A DNA stretch of 40,910 bases from an uncultured bacterium (GTDB lineage Bacteria > Verrucomicrobiota > Kiritimatiellia > CAIKKV01 > CAITUY01): NCBI GenBank assembly GCA_903895695.1, contig CAITUY010000109.1:1-40910 (forward strand). Reading direction: 5' to 3'. The notes beneath the pieces are model-generated. The model did no database searches. It had not been told where the DNA came from and was given only the letters and a program-made list of their open reading frames with translations. Of the stretch, positions 1 to 7,762 are shown piece after piece; positions within the stretch are counted from its first letter, which is position 1; each line of letters opens with the position of its first letter. The position numbers and the translations under genes were made by a program.

Positions 1-90
1 CGGTAGCCCATGGTCCGCGACTTGCGCTACCGGCCGGGGACGGCCGGCTCCATGTCCGTCTCGGCCGGGCGTTCTGTTCCAGGCATGCCA

Positions 91-1044
91 CTACCACGAG
101 GTAATCAGCGCCTGCATGTCTTTCGGCAGGGGCGCGTGCAGGTCGAGGGGCTCGCGCGTGCTGGGGTGGCGGAAGACGAGCCTTTCCGCGTGAAGGGCCT
201 GGTGCGGCAGGCGCAGGCGTCGGTGATCGTCCTCGGTCATGGCATCGGTGCAGAACCGGAGGAAGATGCCGGGATCGACGCCGTACAGTTTATCGCCGAC
301 CACGGGAAAGCCGAGGCCCAGCAGCGTCGCGCGAATCTGGTGCAGCCGCCCGGTTTCGAGGGTCACCGAGATCTCGCTGATCGGGCCGTGGATCGCGGCC
401 AGCCTCAGGTGCGTTACGGACCATTCGCCACCCGGCGGATCAGCATCGTCCAGCTTGCCGGCCACGAAGCGCCGGCGCTTGCGTACCGGGCCGGCGTCAT
501 CCGGAACGAGCCAACCTTGTGCGGTTACGGATTCAGGGAAGACGCCTTCCACGAGGACGACGTAACGCTTATCGGCACGGCGGGAGGCAAACTCGGCGCG
601 GCAGCGTTTGGCGGCGGCCGCGTTGCGCGCCAGCACCACGAGGCCCGACGTCTCGCGGTCGATGCGATTGACGAAGATGGGATCATCCAGGCCGGCCTCG
701 CTTTTGGCCCAGGCCCACAGCGTGTGATCGAAATAGCGGCCGGCCGGATGACACGGCAGGTTGGGAGGCTTGTTCACGACCAGCAGGTCGGCATCATCGT
801 AGACAACGTCCACGTCGAACCGGACGAACGGTTCGTCCCGGTCGGCGGTCAGGTATTCGATGCGGTCGCGGAACGCCAGGACGTAATCCGGCGGAGCGGG
901 ACGGTCGTTGACAGCGACCCGGCCGGCGATACAGCGCTCGAGCCAGCCTTCGCGGGTGTGATAGGGGAAATGGCTCGCCAGAAAATCGAGCAATCCGATT
1001 CCTGACCGGTCGCGCGGAACCTGAAAATGGAGGCGACGTTTCAA
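91..1044 (-). CDS. RluA-family 23S/tRNA pseudouridine synthase
   Basis: 317 aa. Conserved catalytic region NRIDRETSGLVVLA (matches HRLDxxTSG). VVNKPPNLPCHP motif and C-terminal RluA-type fold. TTG start at 1042-1044. Confidence 0.85.
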   Translation of the reverse strand: MKRRLHFQVPRDRSGIGLLDFLASHFPYHTREGWLERCIAGRVAVNDRPAPPDYVLAFRDRIEYLTADRDEPFVRFDVDVVYDDADLLVVNKPPNLPCHPAGRYFDHTLWAWAKSEAGLDDPIFVNRIDRETSGLVVLARNAAAAKRCRAEFASRRADKRYVVLVEGVFPESVTAQGWLVPDDAGPVRKRRRFVAGKLDDADPPGGEWSVTHLRLAAIHGPISEISVTLETGRLHQIRATLLGLGFPVVGDKLYGVDPGIFLRFCTDAMTEDDHRRLRLPHQALHAERLVFRHPSTREPLDLHAPLPKDMQALITSW

Positions 1045-1586
1045 GAGAGGGGGATCGTACGCACCGGTTCAGGGCGCGTCGGGTCCTTGTAGCGTGATAC
1101 GAGGGCCCGGTACATGACGGTGAGGGCAGACTTATCGCCGTCGGTCGGCATCGCCTTGATGCCGCGGTGATAGGCGGTCTCGGCTCGGGACAGATCGTGC
1201 AGGTCCACGGCGGCGATGTGGACCATCTTCACGTAGGCGTCGAGGTCGTGAGGAGTGGCCGCAGCGATCTCCTCGAGATAGGTCATGGCTCCCTCGTAGT
1301 CGCCTTTGGCACGGCGAGCGTCGACGATCCCATACATGGGCGCCGGATGCTCGGCATGTCCGGGCGGCATGTAAAGCGATCCTGTGGGCTCGGCCACGAG
1401 TTCGGCAATGGCCGGCGCCACAATGGAGGCCCCGGCGATGAAGAGGGCCATGGCAATCATAAGCGTCCCCGCTGCCGCCCAACCTCCGTCGGCCCGCTTG
1501 ATGAGCACCCACCCCGCGATCCAGAAGGGGCAGGAGCACACGCAGCGCAGGACCAGTGAGCGCAGAATGGAGGTGTAGTTGGTCAT
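1041..1586 (-). CDS. hypothetical membrane-anchored protein with TPR-like helical repeat
   Basis: Internal start MTNYTSILRS chosen. One predicted TM helix (LMIAMALFIAGASIVAPAI) then a helical repeat region. 4-nt overlap with the rluA-family start suggests translational coupling. The upstream extension in the ORF track overlaps bioB and is unlikely to be real. Confidence 0.45.
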   Translation of the reverse strand: MTNYTSILRSLVLRCVCSCPFWIAGWVLIKRADGGWAAAGTLMIAMALFIAGASIVAPAIAELVAEPTGSLYMPPGHAEHPAPMYGIVDARRAKGDYEGAMTYLEEIAAATPHDLDAYVKMVHIAAVDLHDLSRAETAYHRGIKAMPTDGDKSALTVMYRALVSRYKDPTRPEPVRTIPLS

Positions 1587-1696
1587 GCCGGGTGAATCCT
1601 GCGCCCTGTGACAAGGTCGTGTCAACTTGAGCCTCTCGCTTGACTCCCACCCGTGGCATGGCAGAGTGTGCGCTCGCCACGACGAGGAATTCACCG

Positions 1697-2677
1697 ATGC
1701 CAGACTGGAAAGAACTCAGCCGCCGAATCCTGAACGGCGCCGCGATTTCCCGTGAGGAGGCCTTGGCCGCCCTGGCCGCGCCCGACGAGGAACTGCTGGA
1801 CGTGCTGGCCGCGTCCTTCGCCGTGCGGCGACATCACTTCGGTCTCGGCGTGACCCTGCACGTGATCCGCAATGCCCAGAGCGGCATCTGCACCGAAGAC
1901 TGCGCCTATTGCAGCCAGTCCGCGGCCGCCACCGGCGATATCCCGCGTTACCCGTTGCAGACCGTGGACGACCTCGTGGCTGGCGCGCGCGAGGCCCGCG
2001 ACCTGGGCGCCATCCGGTACTGCATGGTGATCAGCGCGCGCGGTCCGGTCGAGGCCGAACTCGACAAGATGTGCGAGGCCGTGGGCCGCATCAAGCGCGA
2101 GATGCCCATCCAGATTTGCACGTCGCTGGGCCTGCTGACGGCGCCCCAAGCGGCGCGACTGAAGGCGGCCGGCGTCGATCGTTATAACCACAACCTTGAG
2201 ACGGCTGAGCGCGTGTATGGCCGGATCTGCTCCACGCACACCTACGCCGACCGCGTCTCCACGGCGCGCGTGGCCAAGCAGGCGGGGCTGGAACTCTGCA
2301 GCGGCGGAATCCTGGGGTTGGGCGAGACGCACGCCGATCGCGTCGACCTCGCCTTCGCGTTGCGCGAGCTGGGCGCCGACTCGATACCCGTGAACTTCCT
2401 CGACCCCCGGCCCGGCACGCGGCTGGAAGGGCTGAAGCGGATCCGTCCCGCCGAGGCGCTCAAGGCCCTGGCGATGTTCAGGTTCGTGAACCCCGAGCGG
2501 GAGATCCGGATCGCCGGGGGCCGCGAGGCTGTGCTCGGCGCCATGCAGGTCCTGGCGCTCTACCCGGCGAACTCGATGTTCACCCGCGGCTACCTCACGA
2601 CCGGCGGTCAGGGTTGCGAAGCCGACCGCGCCATGCTTGAAGCCGCGGGGTTTACGATCACGGCCCTGCTCGACTAG
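1697..2677 (+). CDS. bioB: biotin synthase (radical SAM)
   Basis: CAYCSQS radical-SAM cysteine motif. YNHNLETAERVY and C-terminal BioB signature regions. GAGGAA RBS 7 nt upstream of ATG 1697. Confidence 0.9.
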   Translation: MPDWKELSRRILNGAAISREEALAALAAPDEELLDVLAASFAVRRHHFGLGVTLHVIRNAQSGICTEDCAYCSQSAAATGDIPRYPLQTVDDLVAGAREARDLGAIRYCMVISARGPVEAELDKMCEAVGRIKREMPIQICTSLGLLTAPQAARLKAAGVDRYNHNLETAERVYGRICSTHTYADRVSTARVAKQAGLELCSGGILGLGETHADRVDLAFALRELGADSIPVNFLDPRPGTRLEGLKRIRPAEALKALAMFRFVNPEREIRIAGGREAVLGAMQVLALYPANSMFTRGYLTTGGQGCEADRAMLEAAGFTITALLD

Positions 2678-2684
2678 TCCCGCT

Positions 2685-3011
2685 TCAGGTGTCCTTCGGA
2701 ACCGCAGGCTTGGCTACCGGGACCTTCTCCAGCGTGATGCCTTCGGCCTCCATCTCCTTCACGATCTTGGCCGGGTCCTTCTTGATGGTCGCAATGCAAC
2801 CGCCGCAGCAGACGTAGATGCGCTTGCCGTCGTAGTCCACGTATTGCTTCTTGTCGATGTCATTGTTCTTCATCACCGGGCATTTCGTCTGCATCTTGAC
2901 GGCCTTGACTTCAGTGCCGGCTGGCGCCGCCGGTGCCGCCGTTCCATCCGCCCGAGCCGCCGCCACACCCACCAGAACCACACCCGCCATCACACCCAGC
3001 AGTCGTTTCAT
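2685..3011 (-). CDS. secreted YHS/TRASH-domain metal-binding protein
   Basis: N-terminal signal peptide (MKRLLGVMAGVVLVGVAAARA). YHS-like motif CPVM...YVDYDGKRIYVCCGGC. Confidence 0.65.
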   Translation of the reverse strand: MKRLLGVMAGVVLVGVAAARADGTAAPAAPAGTEVKAVKMQTKCPVMKNNDIDKKQYVDYDGKRIYVCCGGCIATIKKDPAKIVKEMEAEGITLEKVPVAKPAVPKDT

Positions 3012-3227
3012 TCTATTGCTCCCTTACCATGTTTGTGTCTACGTCGATCGCATTACCTTACACTATTTGCTGCCAAAATTCCTGATGAACATGATCGCCG
3101 TTCATCGGGCCTCTACCGGCCGGGGACGGCCGGCTCCAAACGCCGCCATTCGCCTGGAGCCGGCGGTCCCCCGCCGGTAGAGGCCCCAGGCGCACGTGAG
3201 GTCTCGGCCATTCCTTGCCTACACGCC

Positions 3228-3698
3228 CTACCTTGCTTTCGACCCGCCGCCGGGCATGCTGCACGTCCCGCACAGGCATTCGGTGATCAGGGCATCGAAC
3301 CGGCGGCACTGTTGCGGCGTGAGCACCCCGCGCACCCGGCGCAAGTGCGCGAGCGTCGTGCGTTCGCTGGCTTCATAGGCGCTGACCATTTCGGTTACGC
3401 GGGCCTCCGCCGCGGCGTCGCCGTTGGTGCCGGCGGCCAGGGCCTCGGGGAGACGGGCGCGGGCCGCGCAATGGCGGGCGCAGCAGTCCGTGAGCTGGGC
3501 GCCGAGTTCGGCTTGGAGCGCTTGCACTTGGCGTGTCTGGTCCGCAGTCAGGTTCAGTTCCTTCGCGAGATACGAGACATTCTGCCACGTATCGGCGCCC
3601 GGCGTGGCGCGGCGGCAGAGCACGCGCTGCGTCAGCGCGTAGGCGACGGCCGTCACAGCCACGAGCGTGAGGACGGGTATAAGCCAACGTGAATTCAT
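3228..3698 (-). CDS. periplasmic LTXXQ-motif (Spy/CpxP/ZraP-like) protein with C-terminal Cys cluster
   Basis: Start MNSRWLIPVLTLVAVTAVAYA (signal/anchor). Two LTXXQ motifs (LNLTADQ, VLTPQQ). C-terminal ECLCGTCSMPGGG. ATGA overlap with the upstream gene at 3695-3698. Confidence 0.55.
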   Translation of the reverse strand: MNSRWLIPVLTLVAVTAVAYALTQRVLCRRATPGADTWQNVSYLAKELNLTADQTRQVQALQAELGAQLTDCCARHCAARARLPEALAAGTNGDAAAEARVTEMVSAYEASERTTLAHLRRVRGVLTPQQCRRFDALITECLCGTCSMPGGGSKAR

Positions 3699-4060
3699 AG
3701 GACACCGCCTGTGGTCATGGCCAGGTAGGATCCGGCCAGCGTGTCGCGTTGCAGCAGCCGTTCGGTCTGTATGCCGAAGGCGGCGGAACGGGGCGTGACC
3801 AGCGCCACACCGATGCCGATCCCGACGCCGATCACTGCCGCGGCCGCGGCGGCCCAGGCTGGCTGCAGGAGGGTCAGCCGCAGGAACTCGATCACAGTCA
3901 ATCGGGGCGGGGTGGCCACGGCTTCGCGCCGGATCCGGTCCCACACGCCCTGGTCAAATCCAGGCGACGGTTCAACCACATGCCAGCCCTTGAGAGCCGC
4001 ACTCAGGCGGGCATCGTCGGCTCGTGTCGCATCGTCCGGTCGTTCTGTAACTTGCGTCAT
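3695..4060 (-). CDS. hypothetical single-pass membrane protein (anti-sigma-like)
   Basis: MTQVTERPDD... followed by a TM segment AAAAAAVIGVGIGIGVALV. Translationally coupled to the downstream LTXXQ gene. An alternative start lies at 4102. Confidence 0.4.
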   Translation of the reverse strand: MTQVTERPDDATRADDARLSAALKGWHVVEPSPGFDQGVWDRIRREAVATPPRLTVIEFLRLTLLQPAWAAAAAAVIGVGIGIGVALVTPRSAAFGIQTERLLQRDTLAGSYLAMTTGGVL

Positions 4061-4157
4061 TTCCGGTTTCCCTATAGGCCTCTCTGCAAGGTGTAACGCC
4101 ATGGATCGGGAAAACCCTTGCAGGGAGTTCGACGAACCGAGTGTGCGCTCGCAGTGA

Positions 4158-4192
4158 TTGACATTTGTACTAACAGATAGCACATTGCAGGC
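4158..4192 (+). promoter_or_regulatory. candidate sigma70-like promoter (TTGACA -35) in an AT-rich patch upstream of the HTH gene
   Basis: Perfect TTGACA at 4158-4163 in a locally AT-rich stretch about 30 nt upstream of ATG 4193. The -10 element is poor (cacatt/tagcac). Confidence 0.25.
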
Positions 4193-4564
4193 ATGCGACT
4201 CTCCAGCGTCAAAGTGAAGCAACGCTGCACTCAACGGCGACTAAGGCTCACCGATGTCCTGCGGCAGGCGGGCGTCAGCCGGACCGCCTACTACTCGCTC
4301 GCCCGCAAGGAATCCGTGTTGCCCAAGTCTATCCTCCGCATCGCGCGCCAACTTGAGGTCGATCCCGCAGAGTTGCTGGAAAACGAGGCCGCGCAAATCG
4401 CGCACATTCGCCGCTTGCAGGCCGAGGCGGGAGCGCTCGCGAGGCGGCATCCAGACTGTGACCGCGATGTCATGTTCAGAACACTGCTGAACCTGGAACA
4501 ACCGCCGATCGAGCGGTTGAGGAGGGCTTTGATCCGTGCACGCCGACCTGCCACTCACCGATAA
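4193..4564 (+). CDS. XRE-like helix-turn-helix DNA-binding protein
   Basis: 123 aa. HTH segment LTDVLRQAGVSRTAYYSLARKE. 29-nt overlap with the downstream nucleotidyltransferase gene. Confidence 0.5.
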   Translation: MRLSSVKVKQRCTQRRLRLTDVLRQAGVSRTAYYSLARKESVLPKSILRIARQLEVDPAELLENEAAQIAHIRRLQAEAGALARRHPDCDRDVMFRTLLNLEQPPIERLRRALIRARRPATHR

Positions 4565-5015
4565 AGAATTGGCGTTCTTGAAAGAACTCGTCCGTCAGAA
4601 AGTGGCGTTCATGGTCGTGGGCCTTTCGGCTGCCGCCCTGCAGGGCGCTCCGATGGTGACCCAGGATGTGGACCTGTGGTTCCGGGACACCGACGACCCC
4701 GGCATCCGAAAGGCGCTCAGGAAGGTGGGAGGCATGTGGGTGCCGTCCATCGACCTGAATCCGCCCATGTTTGCCGGCGAACACGTGCAGTGTTTTGACA
4801 TCGTGCTAACCGTTCACGGGATCGGATCGTTTGAGGACGAACTGGCGAACACGGTGGACGTGCGCTTGGGGACATTCTCCGTCAAGGCTCTGCAACTGGA
4901 CCGCATCATTGCCAGCAAGACGCACTTGAATCGGGAGAAGGACCGGATGGTCCTCCCGGCGCTTAGGTCAGCGGCCAAGGCACTGCAATCGCGCGGCGGG
5001 CGGGTGACCCATTGA
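4536..5015 (+). CDS. minimal nucleotidyltransferase (Pol-beta superfamily fold) protein
   Basis: GTG start with GGAGGG RBS 9 nt upstream. NTase motif hGS...DhDh: VVGLSAAALQGAPMVTQDVDLWF. Confidence 0.5.
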   Translation: MHADLPLTDKELAFLKELVRQKVAFMVVGLSAAALQGAPMVTQDVDLWFRDTDDPGIRKALRKVGGMWVPSIDLNPPMFAGEHVQCFDIVLTVHGIGSFEDELANTVDVRLGTFSVKALQLDRIIASKTHLNREKDRMVLPALRSAAKALQSRGGRVTH

Positions 5016-5072
5016 AAGCGTCGTAGCCGCCGCCGTCAGGCGGTGGTCATGGCACAGGATGGGAATGAAGGA

Positions 5073-5147
5073 AGGATTTGTTCACGCGGAGACGCGGAGG
5101 ACGCGGAGGAGAGAATCAAGAAATGCATTTTGCTCCGCGCCTCCGCG
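5073..5147. repeat. inverted repeat / hairpin with tandem gacgcggag units
   Basis: cacgcggagacgcggaggacgcggaggag ... ctccgcgcctccgcgtga are reverse complements. Lies between the NTase gene and the mod fragment. Confidence 0.4.
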
Positions 5148-5265
5148 TGACTCTCCGAGGATTTGGGTCGCCAGTGAAACCTTGACGCGAGGCGGCAGGG
5201 CGGGCAGCATCCCCAACGACCCTCACGCAACTGCTCACAAATTGTGATCGGTTCGCAGGAACCCT

Positions 5266-5709
5266 ATGCCCACACTTGACTGGATCGGGAAGCAGGCGGT
5301 GGTGAACCATCACCACACCGTGCCGTTTCATTTGCTGAAGGACGTGCCGGACCTGTCGGTCGGCGATCCCGGCGCCGGGAACCTGATCGTGCAGGGCGAC
5401 AACCTGCTCGCGCTCAAAGCCCTGCTCCCGTACTACGCCGGCCAGGTGAAGTGCATCTACATCGATCCGCCCTACAACACCGGCAACGAGGGGTGGGTCT
5501 ACAACGACAACGTCAACAGCCCTCTCATCCGCCAGTGGCTCGGCAAGACCGTGGGCAAGGAGGCCGACGACCTGTCCCGCCACGATAAGTGGCTGTGCAT
5601 GATGTATCCGAAGTTGGCGCTGCTGCGCGAATTCCTGCTGGGCGCGGAACGCCTGCGCGCCGAGCGCATCACCTTCCGTCAGACGCCGTACGAGGTGAAG
5701 ATAACATGA
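5266..5709 (+). pseudogene. truncated N-terminal fragment of a type III (beta-class) N6-adenine DNA methyltransferase Mod
   Basis: LIVQGDNLLALKALLP...CIYIDPPYNTGNEGWVYNDN (DPPY motif IV near the N-terminus). Ends at 147 aa, whereas Mod proteins are about 600 aa. Confidence 0.6.
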
Positions 5710-5739
5710 CGTTTGACGTTTACTATCAAGAAGTTGCAG

Positions 5740-5768
5740 ACTTGAAGTCACAATTTGTGACTTCAAGT
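5740..5768. repeat. perfect 13-bp inverted repeat (acttgaagtcaca att tgtgacttcaagt)
   Basis: Direct reading of the sequence. Located at the junction between the mod fragment and the DUF1016 pseudogene. Confidence 0.6.
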
Positions 5769-5777
5769 TGAGGGCAA

Positions 5778-6781
5778 ATGAGCATGAAGCAGATGACCGT
5801 CAAACCGAAGGCGGCGAAGGGAATGAGGGTGGCGCCGGTTGCTTATGCCAGGTTGTTGAAGGACGTTAAGGCGCGCATTCGTGCGGCGCAGGTTAGAGCC
5901 ACGTTTTAAGCCAACCGCGAGTTAATCCTCCTTTACTGGGATATTGGTCGCACGATCGCGGCACGGCAGGAACAGGAAGGGTGGGGTGCCGCAGTGATCC
6001 CCCGCCTGGCACGCGACATCCGCAACGAGTTGCCGGAAGTGAAGGGGTATTCGGAACGTAATATCGGTTACATGATCCGGTTTGCTCACGAATACGGACC
6101 ACCCCCAATTTTGCAACGACTCGTTGCAAAATTGACGGGCATTCAACAGTTGGTCGTGCATCTACCGTGGGGGCAGAACATCATCCTGATGGAGAAGGTC
6201 AAGGACCACGCTGTCCGGTATTGGTACATGCGGGCCTCGTTACAGCAAGGTTGGAGTCGTGATGTCCTGGCCCTGATGATCGAAGGCCAGGCGCACGAGC
6301 GGCAAGGCAACGCCGTGACCAACTTCGTGGAACGGTTACCGCCCCAGCAATCCGATATGGCGCAACAGGCACTCAAAGACCCCTATATTTTCGACTTTCT
6401 CACGTTGGATGAACCGTTCCACGAGCGTGAACTCGAAACCGCGCTCGTGCGGCATCTTGAAAAGTTCTTGATCGAACTCGGACAGGGGTTCGCCTTTGTC
6501 GGGCGTCAGGTTCATGTCGATGTGGGCGATGAAGACTTCTACACTCCAGCGATAATCCGAGCGTGGGGCTGATTCTGTGCCAGGAGGAAAAGCGTTTGGT
6601 TGCCGAATACGCGCTCAAAGGCATGCGCAAGGCGATCGGCGTTTCTCGGTATCAACTTACCCGCGCCTTGCCGAAGGAGTTCCAATCCAGTCTCCCAAGT
6701 GTCGCAGACATCGAGGAGGAGTTTTCCGAAGCACCGCGTCGAACCCCAACGAAGGCGACTCGTGCCCGGAGGCGCCCATGA
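5778..6781 (+). pseudogene. DUF1016/YhcG-family PD-(D/E)xK nuclease pseudogene
   Basis: N-terminal ...NRELILLYWDIGRTIA and C-terminal DPYIFDFLTL...GQGFAFVGRQVHVDVGDEDFY ...GLILCQEEKRLVAEYALKGMRKAIGVSRYQL match DUF1016. It carries an in-frame TAA at 5907-5909, an internal deletion of roughly 40 aa after GDEDFY, and a frameshift near 6563-6572. Confidence 0.6.
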
Positions 6782-7098
6782 TCCAACTCAAAGATTATCA
6801 ACACCGGGTTTTGGACTCGCTGCGGGAGTTCCTGTCCCAGTGCGCCCGCACGCACGATCCCGAGAAGGCTTTTGAGGCGCTCACGACCAAAGTCTATGGG
6901 CGCTCGCTGGACTACGTGCAGATGCGCGACCCGCGTTTTGCGCATATGCCCTACGTCTGCGTGCGCGTGCCGACCGGCGGCGGCAAGACCTTGCTGGCGC
7001 GATCTGGGAGGCGCGCAGCTCCGGTCGCCGCCTGTTCGTCATGCCTTCGGGGTTGGACTGGAGCGCCATTACAGCGAAGATACGAAGTGGACGAGTGA
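6778..7098 (+). pseudogene. truncated N-terminal fragment of a type III restriction enzyme Res (SF2 helicase)
   Basis: MIQLKDYQHRVLDSLREF...YVCVRVPTGGGKTLLA (helicase motif I). Homology is lost about 75 aa in, then a stop follows. The start overlaps the DUF1016 stop (ATGA). Confidence 0.55.
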
Positions 7099-7104
7099 TT
7101 CCTC

Positions 7105-7127
7105 CCTGAACACCGAACACTGAACAC
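7105..7127. repeat. dispersed repeat unit cctgaacaccgaacactgaacac (same family as 29565-29627)
   Basis: An exact 20-nt match to the reverse complement of 29566-29585. Confidence 0.5.
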
Positions 7128-7150
7128 TCGGCCTCGCCTGAGGAGGGCCC

Positions 7151-7732
7151 TCACCCCAGCAGATGCGCCAAGCGTGCGCGCAGGAAATGGCGGGCGCGGT
7201 AGAGGCGGGCCTCAACGGCTTTCTCGGAGCACTCCTGAATGGCGGCAATCTCGGCATAACCCAAGTCCTCGTACTCCGCCAGAATGAGGGCGGCGCGTTG
7301 CTCTTCCGGCAGGAGTGCCACGGCCGCCGCGATTTGGGCGCCGGTTTCGTTCGCGGACACCGCGTCTCTTGCCGTGGCTTCCGGGCCGCCGATCAGATCC
7401 CCGTGTTCCTGGATCACATCGAGTGACTCTGCGGGATGGCGTTTGCGTCGGCGCAGGTCGTCGAGCGCGGCATTCCGGGCTACTTGGAACAACCACGTCG
7501 AGAAGGCCGCGCCGGTCCGGTGGAAGGCCGGCTTCTGAATTGCCCGGTAGGCCCGTACAAATGCGCCCTGGGCAATGTCCTCGGTGTCGGCCGCGCTCCC
7601 GAGCATGCGGTAGATGAAATCCAGCACGGGCCGCCGGTAGTGGGTCATCAGGATATCGAATGCGGAGTCGTCCCCCGCTTTCACGCGCTCAACCAAGTTC
7701 CAGTCTGCCGAACCGTCGGTCACGCGGGGCAC
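7151..7732 (-). CDS. ECF-type RNA polymerase sigma-70 family factor
   Basis: Region 2 (LVERVKAGDDSAFDILMTHYRRPVLDFIYRML...IAQGAFVRAYRA) and region 4 (LPEEQRAALILAEYEDLGYAEIAAIQECSEKAVEARLYRAR). Confidence 0.85.
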   Translation of the reverse strand: MPRVTDGSADWNLVERVKAGDDSAFDILMTHYRRPVLDFIYRMLGSAADTEDIAQGAFVRAYRAIQKPAFHRTGAAFSTWLFQVARNAALDDLRRRKRHPAESLDVIQEHGDLIGGPEATARDAVSANETGAQIAAAVALLPEEQRAALILAEYEDLGYAEIAAIQECSEKAVEARLYRARHFLRARLAHLLG

Positions 7733-7762
7733 TGTACCGCGATGGGACGGAAGTCACAAGGC

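Noticed and set aside
10-1005. 331-aa plus-strand ORF
   Set aside because: Antisense to the well-supported rluA-family gene. Low-complexity Arg/Ala/Gly-rich translation typical of GC-rich shadow ORFs.
2637-3692. 351-aa plus-strand ORF spanning the YHS and LTXXQ genes
   Set aside because: Overlaps better-supported minus-strand genes. Arg/His-rich low-complexity translation with no motifs.
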